Source of the DNA: Hyphochytrium catenoides
Taxonomy: Eukaryota > Protista > Hyphochytriomycota
Assembly (NCBI GenBank): GCA_900088475.1
Contig: FLMG01002914.1
Coordinates: forward strand, 5,971 to 69,970
Direction: 5' to 3'
DNA: 64,000 nucleotides
Position 1 is the first letter of the stretch. Each line of letters starts with the position of its first letter. This document shows positions 37,801 through 50,519 of this stretch, piece after piece. Under the pieces are notes generated by a model. That model did not search any database. It saw nothing but the letters and a program-made list of their open reading frames with translations, and had not been told where the DNA came from. Position numbers and translations under genes: made by a program.

Positions 37801-40800
37801 CTCCTTGTGTCAGGGTCTGCTTCCACGTGAATAGGCACTCTGTTGTTTTGATTGGTTGGTCTTCTTTGATGAGGGCTTCACGCTTCGCTCTGAATCTTGC
37901 TTAACTGTCAGAGGATGCAGGGGACACGACCTCCGTTCTGTGTGCCATAACAAGAGACTCGGGGTCCTTTGAGCTGTACACGCTGCCAGACTTTGTCCTG
38001 CTCTTCAGAGGAAAAGATGCTGTCTCCGGTCCTCTGCTTTTAAGTAATTCTCTTCAAGAGAAGGTTGAAGCGCAAGAACAAGTTCCGGACGATCTTCCCA
38101 GAGTAAGTCTTCCTATCTTGATGCATCCACTGTCTCGTTCTCTACCTTTATCTTGTGTCCTACGTGGGGAAATCCCCACCTCAAACCTTTATACAGGCTT
38201 TTACTCTATGTCTTTCTCATCAGCTGCTAGAGCTAACCCTGTTCTTTTGCTTATGACAGGTAGTGGACGTTCTCCTTCACGAGGTAGGACCGTCTTCTAG
38301 GCGACTCCCTGAGCCAGCCTTCTTGAAGATGTGCTTACTACTATATTTGACGAATGGAGACACACTAGTCTATAAAATGAGGGAGACAGAGGAGTGTCTG
38401 TCCTTCCGACGTATGACTTCCATAGACAACATTAGCAGACCATATATCCCGACGAACACAGTCTCAGGGAAGCTTCCACAAAGAGCAGCTAAGGCAGGGA
38501 CGGCCGGTAGTAACAACAAGAATTCAGGAGGGGTAAACGGAACAGGGCCATCGGTTTCGTCATCTTCCTCTCAAGCGGGTTCTGGAAAGGCTAGCTCTAC
38601 TGGAGGAGGATGGAGAACCGCCTTTAGATACCCTATGTTCTCCCGCTTTGATGATGTCAATGGGCGAAGCGGAGTCTTCTTCAGAGGATTCCGGCCCTCG
38701 TGGATTCTAAGTGAGCGAGGAGCGCTACAAATACTACCGCTTGGAGGTAAAAGATATGGGTTAAAAATTTTTGTTGCTTTTGCTATGACGATCTTTGTGT
38801 ATGTCTATACGAATATATGGACCAGCTCAGTCAGTTCTGCCAATAGAGCTTGGTGTTCCTTCTGGACCTAGTCAGGAAGGGTGTCCTCCCTGTGTAGCTT
38901 TTCGCCTGAAGCTCAATTTCAGATATATTCGGCTGTCAGCTTAGATGATGCGACCTGTGTTTGTTTTCCTTCAGTAGCCCACGCTCTATCTGTGCCTTGA
39001 ACAAAGTTCTTTATAGTGAGTCGTCCGCTTACCTGTCCGCCATGTTTTCTGACATTCTTATCACCATTTTAGGGGTGGCGACAGCGTCGTCCTCTCAAGG
39101 CGGAGGTCCTCGTGCCGGCCCACTTGCCATTCCGGTGCCTTGTTTCTCATCCTTCCATCACGCTGACTGTCCCTTCGGGTTCATCTATTTCCACAGCAGT
39201 GGTGCTCTTAGATTCTGTCAGCTGCCTTCGGTAAGAAGCCCTTCCAATGTCTCTTTCTCTCGTTGTTGGTAGGATCGCTAGGTCCTCGACTCTCTCCTCA
39301 CAAGAGTTATCGCATGTCATACTCCCTCCTCCCCTTGTCATCAGCCGTCAGACTACCTACCGTGGACTTGTATTGGCTACCCACCCATTCTTAGCCCCGC
39401 CTGCTATTACTAACGTACTACGTATCCTCAGTTGGCCGAAGCGGCTGCGATGGGCGAGGGCACGCTCACGGCTCAGAAGGTCCCCTTGCGCGCCACCCCA
39501 CTAAAGTCTGTTTTCCTTGGACATGGTGGAGTAGGAGGTGTAGCGGAGGCACTACGTATTCCATGCTACGCCGTTTTGTTGGCACACCAGGTGCCCTGGG
39601 AACCCGAAGAGGAAGAAGAAGTAGAGGCCGAAGATCCGACACAGGAGGAGGTAGGGAGAGCCTAAATATTGCTGTTTTTAAGGGTTCGGTGCGGAGTTAG
39701 GACGCTAACCTGTGAGGTTGACGACGAAGGACTAGAAGAATACGGGAAGGAGTTGACTATGGGCTGCAAAGTGACTCCACATGGGGAGAGTGAGATACAG
39801 ATTGCCATAGAGATGCTTATGAGGCTCACCCTACAGGGGGACACCATCAACCAGCAGAAGACTGAAAAAGCGAAGGAGTTGATGGAGCCAGATGAACTTG
39901 GGCCACCGATGTTAACTATGGACAGACACGAAATCAGGTGAACTGCACATCACTTCGGCCAAAAGTATCTCGGCTCTCTCACTTATGCTCCTTGCAGTTA
40001 CGAGATTTATCCCTGCTCTCTCCAAAGTATACTTACTGGCTTCTACCCTTAGTATCCTTCTGATAGTTGCCTCCAAAGGTCTGCAAAAAGTGGGCTTAGC
40101 ATCAATGGCTTTAATGGGCGCATTTCTTTAGGCTTATCCGTAATGACGGGTTTAATGCGCAACCAGTACACTCCGAGGAGCTGCAGCGGTACGAACAGGG
40201 GCTAGCGATGAGGCTTCTCTCCCTTGTGGACCAAGAGAAGGTGAGCTGGAGCAGCGCCCTGGTGCCAACTTTGCTAGAAATGGCTTGAACATTACCCATC
40301 TGCGAGCCTCCTGCATCAGCGAGCTGCATGGCTCTCTTACGTCCTGGCTGTGAATGGTTCCGTATCGCGACTTCTTGTCATAAGCGCAAAACCCCTTACT
40401 AGTTGCCTCGATGACTTATTTTTTTAACTTTTTTATCATGAGCTCACGTTTGGTCGCAATCTAGGAGGCATCTAACCTCAAAACAGATAAGAAAGGGGCT
40501 ACAGGTCCAGGCAAAAGTACCAAACCTCAAGGAAAGCCCTACCTCGCCGTCGGAACAGGTAAAGAGAAATAGCGGGGACCAAAGCAGAAGGGAAAGGAAA
40601 GCTTCAATGAACCATGCACTGGCGTCCGTCTTCACTCTCCTAGACTCTGGGGAGACTATTCCATTGTGACAGAAGCCCCATTCCTGTCTTGGCCCTACTT
40701 GCTTAATCACCTCCAATGCTTTAGGCTTTTTGACCCCTAAGGGAGAAGACGAAGCCTCCCGCGGCCGCATCATTATCTATGAGCTGGACTATGCCCAGTA

Positions 40801-42558
40801 CACTGACGCTGAAGGCGGAGTAGGAGAGAAGACCCCTAAACTTAGGAAGGTCAGTCTATGGTGCAGGCTCGGTTATGAACCCAAAGAGGAAAAGGTTATC
40901 AACGGACTCGACTAGGTGACATGAGCAATCCATAGTGGCAAAGCGGAGAGCCAGTACAAAGCGCACCGGACTGGACACTGTCCTGCCTTGCCTCGTTTGG
41001 CTTGTCTTATTACAGATAGTCCTTAATCTCGTCTTATCTTGTCTTAGGCTTATGAAAAGGAACACAAGCAAGGCTCGGTCTCTGCCATCGCGCAGATGGG
41101 TCCTTATGTGCTAATAGCTGTGGGGCCGAAAATTATCGTTCACTCATGGAAGAAAGAACAGCTTGTTCCTTGCGCGTTCTATGACGCTCAAGTAAGTGTT
41201 GAGACCCAGCGACCCGATAGCCACTCAGCGTCTTCTCTTGAATAGGCTCCTTTTGGTCTCCTGAAGGACTAAAAAGTTGATGTTCCTAGATCTATATTTC
41301 CACCATTCGCGTCATCAAGGACTTCGTCATGTATGGAGATGTCATGAAGAGTGTCCATTTCCTTCGCTGGAGGGAAAGAGAGAGAGCTCTTATCTTGCTG
41401 GGTACGTCGACTGTTATGTCTCCCCCTGGGCGTCAGACCTCCTGATCCCTCTGCCGGCCAATGATGAATCTTAGGCAAAGACTACGAGCCGCTCTCTGTC
41501 TTTGGTGCCGACTATCTAGTTGATGACCGCACCCTGGGCCTCCTGGTGGCTGACTCACAGCAGAATATTCAAGTCTTTCATTACGCTCCTAGGAGTGTGG
41601 ACAGTCGAGGAGGGCAAAAGCTACTATGCAGAGCAGACTTTCATCTAGGTAACGTCCATGTTATCTTCTTGGTCCTTATTTGGATTCTTGCCTTCCTTAC
41701 CGTGCCCACACTTTACCTGGACTGTGAAGCAGCTCTGCCTCGGCCGGGGCGCACACGCTTATCAGCCAAGCAACTATCAGCCAAGCAACTACTGGCTTCC
41801 TTTTCTAAAACTTGTTGATTGCACCCGTTGGGTCTCTTTCTTTTGAGGTCTAGGTCTTCATTGACTTGTGAACTAAGTGATAACCAAACTTCCAGGCTCT
41901 TCAGTCGCCAATTTTGTCCGGCATCGAGTGACCCAACTGACGCCAAGGCACAAGAAGAACCGCTACTCTCTTGTTTTTGGAAACCTGGACGGCGGGCTAG
42001 GCGCCTTCATCCCTCTACCTGAGGGCATCTACCGTCGTCTATTCACCCTGCAGACAATCATGGTCAACGCACTGCCGCACAACGGAGGTAAGAGACAGGA
42101 CGACTAAAGGTTCAAAGAGTTAGCGTATACCGCAATAGCTGACTATTCCTCCCATATGGTCGCTATCGCTCCTTAACAGGGATGAACCCCAGGGCATATC
42201 GTCAGTTCAAGCCTCGGACTTACCTATTCCGGCACCTCAGAAGGTTTGCAGTTGCTGCTGCCTCTACTTGCCGCAAGGATCTAGTTTTTTCTGCGTGCTT
42301 TTCTCCTAGTTGCCTGGAGTTTGAACACCTTTGGCCTCACCTTCACTTGTTCAGTCTACGGGTTCTAAGCCGGTGCCTGCGCCCTATCCTAATGCCATCA
42401 TTCCTGTTGACAGGAACGTGATCGATGGGGAAGTAGTTTGGCGGTTTGTTACTTTGGACCGTCAATCGCAGCAAGAGCTGGCCTCGGCCATTGGCACCAC
42501 TCCTGATACGATCATACAGAATCTTCTAGAAATAGACCTCAGTCTAGGGTTCCTGTAA
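31818..42558 (+). CDS. CPSF1: Cleavage and polyadenylation specificity factor 160 kDa subunit, about 30 exons
   Basis: N-terminus MSDQYLCYRQLQPPTGVE...LIVAKANRLEVY; internal SLHNFE, VDPDHRCA, GYLEPTLMILH, VFLGSTVGDCML, GYGKNGAV, GEDEASRGRI, GDVMKSVHFL, LLCRADFHLG; C-terminus IIQNLLEIDLSLGFL. Confidence 0.93.
34585..34787 (+). repeat. 103-bp tandem duplication of a CPSF1 intron 3' end plus exon start
   Basis: Two copies offset by 103 bp, each containing ...ATCTCCAG|ACGCCAATCAACAAG (AG at 34651-2 and 34754-5). Confidence 0.9.
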
Positions 42559-42977
42559 GTGACAGACCAGTCGAGGCTAACTATATCTTGGTTCCGGAAG
42601 TCGTGCCTCTGGAAGGAACTTCGGGACAAGGGCTAACGCTGCTGAAGACTTTAAACAAGACCAACAAGGGTGGTGACCCTTCAATAGCTCTGAAGAGGCA
42701 GCAAGTAGTCATACGAGTGATCTCTTCCCCATATATTATAGAAGGAGTCTTGTTGGAGACTACTGAGGAGCCTCACTCAACTCAGCAGAAATCTTCGTAC
42801 CCTCGGGCCCTCTCTTATTAACAACTCTATCAGCAAGCTGAAGCATTCCTACACAGCGAAAGGGAAAGCTTTCTTCCTCCGTTGTGCTATCTCCGTTGTG
42901 CTATAGCGGCGAGACCCGTGTGCTGAATGGCTGCTTCTCAGGGTAGGCGAACCCAAATATAAATAATAAATAGGACG

Positions 42978-45941
42978 TTAGCTAAGCAGTCTGAGCCCTG
43001 CCTTTGTTCTGTCTGTGACCGTTGCACAATTTATGCTGGCTTTTTCTGCCTGGTGGGCCGGCTGGCTACACTGTGTGATGGGCACCAAGCTGTCAGTCTT
43101 CGCCTGCAGCTCAATGAGCTTTTGTTTTGCCTGGACGAGAGCTTCCTCTGCTCGGCTCTTCTGGTCTAGAAGCCTCTGCATCTCCTCTTCGACCGTCTCC
43201 CTCCAACCTTCTGTCATTTCTCTCAAACTTTGTCTGACGGCAGCAGACAAAGGTCCTGCCTCCGCGAAGTCCGCTCCCTCTTCACCTCCCTTCTGTTCGT
43301 CTTGTCTGCCGTTAAGCGCACGGGAGACTTGCTCATAGTAAAGTTGCTCCTCGAATGGCACAGATGCCCTTGATTGCCTCAGCGCAGCGTGGAAATGCCT
43401 CCAATGGAGCTCATGTATGGCCCCATTTTTACCTTCGTATGCCATCTCCTCTCCTTCCTCTTCCCGCAAGCATTCTCGTACTGCTAGCCTGCAGACCGCT
43501 TCAAGGTCAGCCCCACTATAGCCAGCCGTCTGCCTAACTATACGCTCTAGACTGACCCCTGAAGAAACAGGAGCGTTCCTAAGCTTCGCAAGCAAGATAT
43601 CTCTTCTGCTCTGAACATCTGGAAGAGGTATAAGGACAAGTTGGCCCAGCCTGCCGGGCCGCAGCAGGGCAGGGTCGATCATGTCTGGCCGGTTGGTGGC
43701 TCCGATAACGAAAACTCTACGGTTTCTCCTGTCGACCGTGACTCCGTCCATTTCAGTCAGTAGCTGATTCAGGACAGTATTTGAATGGGCCGAGGAGGCA
43801 TTGGCTGAGCGCGATGGTGCGAGAGCATCCAATTCATCAAAGAAAATAATGCATGGCGAGGCTTGTCGGGCTAGGGAGAAGAGCTCCCGCACAGCTCTCT
43901 CACTCTCGCCATAGTACTTAGAAAGAAGTTCAGGACCTCTGACAGAAAGAAAGTTGGCTCGCTTCTCTGTGGCCAGCGCCTTGGCTAGAAGCGTCTTTCC
44001 GCATCCAGGAGGGCCATACAGAAGGACCCCTAGTTCTGGTGCAAGACCCAAGGATTTGTACCGGGATGAGAAAGGAATGAGCTCCCTTAGCTCTTTCTTG
44101 ACAGCCTCAAGGCCTCCAATGTCCGACCACAGCACCTTTGGGACCTCTAGGTTTAGGCTCTTCTCTCTCAAAGACGATGGACCCACAGTACCCAGTGCCT
44201 CCTCGATGTCTTTGTTCGTTATCTGAAGCGAGCGCAAGGCTTCCTCTCTCCTCTTTAGCGCCTCCGCATCTACTCTTACCCCCTTCCTGGCTATAGTCAT
44301 TTGATTCCTCCTTAGTTCGTTACCTCGTCCTACCAGGGAGCTATCTATATGTATTGAGTCTGCTTCCACCGGCACGTCCATCACCTCGGCGATACTTGTC
44401 CTCTTCATAGCAGCCAGAGCCGCTTCAAGACACACAGCCTCTATATCGGCACCGACGAAGCCTTGTGTTGCAATTGAAAGCCTATCCAGGTTGACTTCTT
44501 CAGACAGCCGCATCCTTCGAGTGTGCACCTAGTCGTACGGAGTGAGGAAGCCTGCGTCGTCAGTGCTTGCATAGAGAGGAGCGAAATGTATAGCGCAAAG
44601 CGCGAAGCACGCAACCGAAGAATTAACCGACATTCTTACAAAGTTGGGAATGCTGGGAAAGGTAGCTGTCATACCTCGAAGATCTCTCTCCGCTCTGCTT
44701 CGTCCGGGATCGTAAGGACAATTCTCTGATCTAGACGGCCTGCTCTCAGTAAAGATGGATGGACTTCAGATACAGCAGAAGAGATTGCAAGTACAACTAT
44801 CTGGCTTCCGTACTCCTCTTTCCTGAAGCCGTCCAGAATGGCCGATAGAGCCGCAGCCGTGTTGGTGGGAATGTCATTCCTCCTCGGGGCAAGGACCTCT
44901 AGGTTTTCTATCAATATCACAGATGGAGCCTGCTTGATAGCCCTCCTAAATATGGCTCGAAGCATTTCCACCCCCGAAACATCTGGAAAGCGGCAAAGGA
45001 GCCGTAAGAGGGCGATGCGATGGAGCATGATCAGACACCTCAGACACAGAGAAGCTTGGCGCACGTGGCAGGCGAAAGGCACAGCTAGAGCGGACAGATC
45101 GTATGCACAAAAGACAAACATCTATGATAGGAGGGAATGACAGGCGCCTAGCCAGGAGGCTCGGGAGCCATCTGCTTGGCAGAAGAATAACCTAGCAACG
45201 AAAAGGAGACGAACCAAGACCCATCGGCCTAAGAGGGAATCTAATAAGTTGTTAAACACTGTCGAAAGAAGCCGTCGTACCTGTTGGCACTTCGCAAGGG
45301 TCAATTCTAAGGCATTTTGCTCTCAAATGGTTGATCACCGTCTCCGCTAACAATGTCTTGCCAACCCCTGAAGGCCCGGAGACTAGAATGCCGCGAGGTG
45401 GACGTGCTCCCAGGGTGCTAAATAGTCTTGGATGGCGGAGGAGGAGCTTGAGGAGAGAGAGAAGTTTGAGGGTGGCCTCCCTCATTCCGCCGATAGAAGA
45501 GAAAAGAGTGGCGGTTCTCCCATCTGGACGAAGCTGAGCACTGCTTCGGTCTACTTGCTCAGCTGCGTCAAGCTGTTGCCAGTAGTGACCAATGACCTGG
45601 GAGAGCTTAGAGTTCTGGTCTCGTAGTGGAACCAAGTCCGCCGGAAGCATTCGCCGCTTGTGCGCAGGACAAAGTTTGGTTGTTTCAAGCAGTTGAGAAA
45701 TGCAGGGGCGGCAGAAAATCTTCTCATTGCTGTGGCAACAGACCACTGGATCCCGCGGTAAGCTGCCACACAGAAAACAATTTAGAAAGGCCGGCCATGG
45801 CGCTAGGTCCCGCCGTACCGGGGGTGCCCGAGACGCACTTTCGACAAATGGCCCATTGGGGAATGCAACCCTATCTCCGTCCACAGAGTGAGCGACGTCT
45901 GAGGTACTCCTGGCTCTGCCTGACTCGGTTTCAGGAGGCAT
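42978..45941 (-). CDS. Cdc48/VCP-type double AAA+ ATPase with an N-terminal RING-like zinc finger; exons 45941-45281, 44982-44675, 44528-42978 (839 aa)
   Basis: CFLC..PRDPVVCCH...IFCRPCI......LCPAH; D1 GPSGVGKT with degenerate Walker B ILIENLE and LLRAGRLD; D2 GPPGCGKT, LLSKYYGESE, IIFFDELD, ATNRPDMIDPALLRPGRL; C-terminal coiled coil. Two GT-AG introns keep the frame (661+308+1551=2520 nt). Confidence 0.88.
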
Positions 45942-46863
45942 GATCAAATGTAAGACGCCGTTATCTCAGAAGGATCCAATCATTCAAGTGTGAGCGTATA
46001 GCGTTTGCTTTATCATTGGCTCACCACCTTGAAGGTCTTACGGAGTGACGGCGTCTCCCTTCCTCTCTTGACCGACTCCGCACTTCACTGGCAAGAAACA
46101 GCAGGTGTGCTTGATCATCACCTGCACCTGTAGGCGCTAGGCGCTATCGCTACGACTATGGAAGAGAGCTATCACAGGCAGTACGGAGAGAGTGATCACT
46201 AAGCCCAAGGCGACATCTCGAGTGCGGAAGCAGACAAATGAGAAGCTGTGCCTGGCGTTGAGAAGAGAGACAGAAGGAATGAGAGTGCCCAACAAGGCAG
46301 CGAAAGAGCCAGAGAGGCAGTTAGTGATTGACTTCTCAGAACCCAGGAGACCCATTATTGACCCATAAATACCCAACCAATCATATCAGCAAATCTGATT
46401 CGCTGGCATTAGGAGAATCCACCAATCAGCGCTTGACACGGTTATTCACAGGTAAAATGTGGGTGTTTCTGGGGAATGAAGGTTTCCATTCATAACTCCA
46501 GGGCTCTGCTCTTTGCTCTTGGACTCATCTTATCTATAGTTCTACGAGGGCGATCTTCATTCTTAGCACGGTACGTGATGATCTTTTATGAGACGGTAGA
46601 CGACACGGCTTCATTCAAAGCTTAAAAGACATAGACGAACTATCTATTTTCTACTCGCTACTCCTCGTCAGGCTACGGCTACTCAGCTAAGACTAGAGAA
46701 CGTGCCATTGTTGTTCGTCTCTAATAGAACTATAGATGGGCTACTGCTACTATCTCAGTCAGCTGGACTCAACTACGCTACTACTCACCTTTCATCAACG
46801 CGGCGGCATTGGGGGCTGGTGGTCTCACATGATGATTGCTCTTGGCTCACCAAAAGAGCTAAG

Positions 46864-47332
46864 TTAGGCAAGAGACCATAGCTGGTCAGGATCCTTGGGG
46901 TCACATGGCCAGGCATGGACGATGGTCCCCTCCTTTAGGGTGNNNNNNNNNNNNNNNNNNNNNNTCAATGGCCCTGCTGTTGTCAATGCACCAGTTCTTG
47001 TTGTAGCTCCATGCAAAACTTTTCGCGGTAGCATTGTAAGTCCACTGCTGGTCAATGGAGGAGTCCCGGCAAGCCTTCAGCACTACTTCATTGCCACAGA
47101 AGAGGGTACCGTCCTTGTTCTTAGCCAACCCATGCTGATTGTCCACGCACCATCGTGTGTCCTTAGCCCACAAAATCCGCTTGCCTGGAGCTGGGGCTGG
47201 TGCAGGATTTTCGTCTCCCTCATCCTGCAGATATCGTCTTAGAGATCCGTCAGCGGCATAGGATCCCGTGGTCAGACCACATAAAATGATAAAAGCAAGG
47301 AAGACGACAATCCTGCGTGGGCTAAACTCCAT
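46864..47332 (-). CDS. Small secreted ricin-B (QxW) lectin-like protein spanning an assembly gap
   Basis: Signal MEFSPRRIVVFLAFIILCGLTTGSYA; WCVDN...VVLKAC..SIDQQW, WCIDN, and after the Ns GTIVHAWPC..DPDQLW*. The frame differs across the Ns, so the gap length is probably mis-estimated. Confidence 0.8.
46943..46964. other. Assembly gap (22 N)
   Basis: Direct reading. Confidence 1.
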
Positions 47333-48349
47333 CGTCGTCAAGCTGGGCGAGATCACGACTAAGAAATTAAGATGCCTTCCCTTCAAATCTTGGCTCGTTC
47401 ACTGTCGCGAACGGCGCTAATGTGTGCTTGTTTTACTAGTTGCCGGCAAAAGTGAGAATGAAAGACCACCTAACCCTTGAAGTGCCGTTGGTGATCATCA
47501 AGGTACACCCTTAGACCTTCAGGCAAACAGTCGTGAGATGAATGCGACTGGGACAGAGCGGAAAGGAGAGGTGCTTAGCGCCATATGTGGAGAAGTGAAA
47601 AAGACTATGGTAGGACACTCTGTGCGACCACAAGGCCTCCAAATATCACAACCGAAGGAGTTGGGCTGCGCCCGAATGAGTCAGTTGTTATTTCAGCCAG
47701 AAGGCTTTCAGATGGTCCTCATCGCGGGAGTAGAGCCCGGGCTGTCATTGCGTCGAGTCTACTACTGCAGGTGCTTCGCTCCACTCAAATGGACCTCATT
47801 GGTCTCTTATACTACTAGACAACAATGCGTTCCTTGTTGGCAGACCCTGATCTATGTCACAGTAGTCGGGCTTCATCCTGCTGAAGAATGTACGGCACCT
47901 GGCTGCAACGGCCAAGGCAGAGCTCCCAGAGCGAATAGGTAGTGTCACAGAAGAGCAGGATTCGCAAACGATGAGGAAACTAACAAAGGATGGGAAGACG
48001 CCCTTCGTTTCTGCAGCGATTCCTTACTACGTCCAATCAACGACCATCGTCCTACCATTAACGTCATACGCGCGACGCAGGTTGATTTCCCTTCATCAAC
48101 TGCTGGGATGAGAGGCCCTGCCACACTGCTGCACCTCCATCTTTCTTAAGCAACGACGGAAGGTTACCACCCTCTGTCTCCTGGGGCACCATAAGGCGCA
48201 GAGCTTTGTGTGTCTCTTCCCTTACCTTGGCCCTTAGAGCCCATCCTCCACAATGATCAGCAGTCTCGCTCTTCCGTGGGGTTACATTGAGGGATAGACT
48301 TGCCTCCCTATTCCTTTGACCTCAACGAACGCTAACATCCAACACCATT

Positions 48350-48505
48350 TTCAAATCGGCCAATTGGCCAATGAGGGATGATCTTGCGTTAGTATTGGCC
48401 AATAGAAAACGAGATACGGCCTCTGTCTAATCCGATGCAAGGATAAGTCCCATTGGTCTCGTCCTACCAACAGCCATCAATCATCAATCATCCATCACCA
48501 ATCCC
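48350..48505. promoter_or_regulatory. Dense CCAAT/ATTGG cluster
   Basis: GGCCAATTGGCCAAT, ATTGGCCAAT, CCCATTGG and ACCAAT within about 150 bp; smaller clusters near 46375-46430 and 56055-56105 lie upstream of genes. Confidence 0.35.
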
Positions 48506-48559
48506 ATCAGCGCAACGTGGCTGGCGGGCACGGCGTAGAACAGCGGCCTAGCAAGAGAC

Positions 48560-49790
48560 GAAGGAGCTGCATAACAAGGTTTGGCAAACTTACAACTGAT
48601 TGCATGGGACGATCTGCTATAAATCTTGAAACAAGAAAGGAAAAGTGCTGCTACAGTGTTGGTACAGTTGACGGACTGGACCGCAGTTGGCACTGGGGCT
48701 TGCCAAACGTTGTGGCCCGATGATATTTCATGGCAGTACATAACAGGGATGCCTTGCATGTTCCAACCGGGTTAGCTTAGGTCGTGAGGAACCGATCTAC
48801 CAGTAGATAAAGAGAGTCTCATCTTGGGCTCTGCTCTTACGGATTGATAGTGTCATTGAGCCATAGCAAATTGCATGGGCCCTTTGAGTACTGCAGGCGT
48901 CAAGCAATGCTCTCCTAGCGTGCTGATATTTTACTACTCCACATTTCTGATGAGGACAGTTCAACAAGTCATGCTCGCCATAGTCCACTACCTTTGACCC
49001 TCGAGGTAAGTAGGCGGTGGAACGCGGGGGGGCATGGCAGTCGTGCGAATGTACGTTTCACTCTTAGAATGATGCACCCGGCGACAGATTTTAACTTGAT
49101 GATAGTCAAACCACTTTATTAGCTTTTTAGTACCCTGTCCTCTTAGATCAAGCACCACATAGGATTCAGGAAGCAGTTTAATATTTTAAGCATAGCGATT
49201 CTTGGTCCCCTAAAAAGAAGATGGGAGGCAGAGATTGGCTACGGAAAGACTATCGTCAGCAGCCGTGATGGGTTTGGGAGCAAGCAAGTAGTGACTTACA
49301 CGGACAATACGCCGGCGGGATGCTTATATCGCCACCGCTCCATCCTAGCATGTAACATGAGTCGTTTTGCTCAGCATCGACAATGGGCTTTTCTAATCTG
49401 GCATACTCGTTTTTGCAAAGAAACAAAGAGGCAGTCCACATGGCGCTCTGGCTTAGACCAGTTTCTCTAAGGAAGACCATCATCAAGCACCGTAAGAACA
49501 AGTGAAGTTCTGGGACGCACAGTTAGTAGTATTTCTCCTACTTTGAGTCCAGTCCTCGTTGTTCAGAAGACGATCAGGGTGTCTACTACAAACGGTGACT
49601 ACAAGTCCAGGGGCAGTCGATAGCTATAAAACAAAAGTAGGGCGCCTTCTGACAAACTCTGCCGACGAATAATGACACTGATATTATATACAACGATCCC
49701 AAGTTGTTATTAGGTTATAACAGCGCCAAGAGGGAATGTCCGCCCTATTTTACACAGCCGCTTGTGGCACCTAGGGAGGAGGGATCCGAA
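48560..49790 (-). mobile_element. Decayed CRE-like non-LTR retrotransposon (RT + CCHC-like motif + restriction-like endonuclease)
   Basis: Motifs in the expected order: ATSGCVK*G / FPLGAV (RT QG-PLG, ~49720-49765), ILLTVRP..TVLDDGL (~49470-49530), DYGEHDLLNCPHQKCGVVKYQH (~48920-48988), SRAQDETLFIYW (RPAD-like), ATTFG (~48702-48716), IYSRSSHAI (~48600-48624). Confidence 0.6.
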
Positions 49791-50140
49791 ACTTTAGTTC
49801 CACTTCCAGACTCTCCTCCGCCGTGTAATAACGTGACCCTGAACCCAGCGCCTCGGAGGATTGCTGCTGGTTCTCAAGGGCAAACCTTTTTATGCTATAG
49901 GTATGAGGGCGCTGACTGATGAAAAGGCCTCCTCGCATCTCTTGGTCCGTCCTCTCGCTCTCCCCGTCCACAATAAGCTCAGGTGATGATGATGATGTGA
50001 ACTTGGCCCCCAGGACCTCCTCCCCTCTCTGTGCGTGTGTCTCCTCGCTTTCATCCCCTTTGCTCTTCCTTGTGCTCTCTCTTTCTCTCTCCTCCTGCTA
50101 TCCCTCACAGTACTGAAGTCAGCTTTCAGTCATAAAATAT

Positions 50141-50191
50141 ATAGCCGTTAGCGACCGATTTTTGGTATGTTACATCGCTCCGCTAACGGCA
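50141..50191. promoter_or_regulatory. ATAGCCGTTAGCGACC plus an inverted second copy CGCTAACGGCA, about 370 bp upstream of the EF-hand gene
   Basis: 16/16 identical to 62715-62730. Confidence 0.5.
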
Positions 50192-50519
50192 AGCTGCCCA
50201 TCATCCTCCTTCCCCTTTATTAGCAATTCTTCATTTCGGGGCTACTTTGCTGCTCCCTCGTGCTTCTGGGCAGGACTTCCTGCGGCTGCGGTCAATGACT
50301 TTGACATGACCATGGCCAGGGACGACTCTCATCTCCTTAGAGACATTCTGACGGCTCACAGACTGCTGCTTCTAAGACCTATTGCTCTCTCAGGAGCCAC
50401 AAGAGCTTGGTTCTTGATGTGCTGATGAGAGCCGAGGATGGAGCTTATTGACGTCTAGTCTGGTGCTGTTAATGCTTTCATATAAAGAACGACGCTGGTG
50501 AAAGTGCCATCAGGACAAT

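Noticed and set aside
4430-49790. TAA/TAG = Gln alternative genetic code
   Set aside because: Intact genes end in TAG or TAA (LicD, SDR, ACADS, CPSF1) at the expected C-termini, and the relics also carry frameshifts.
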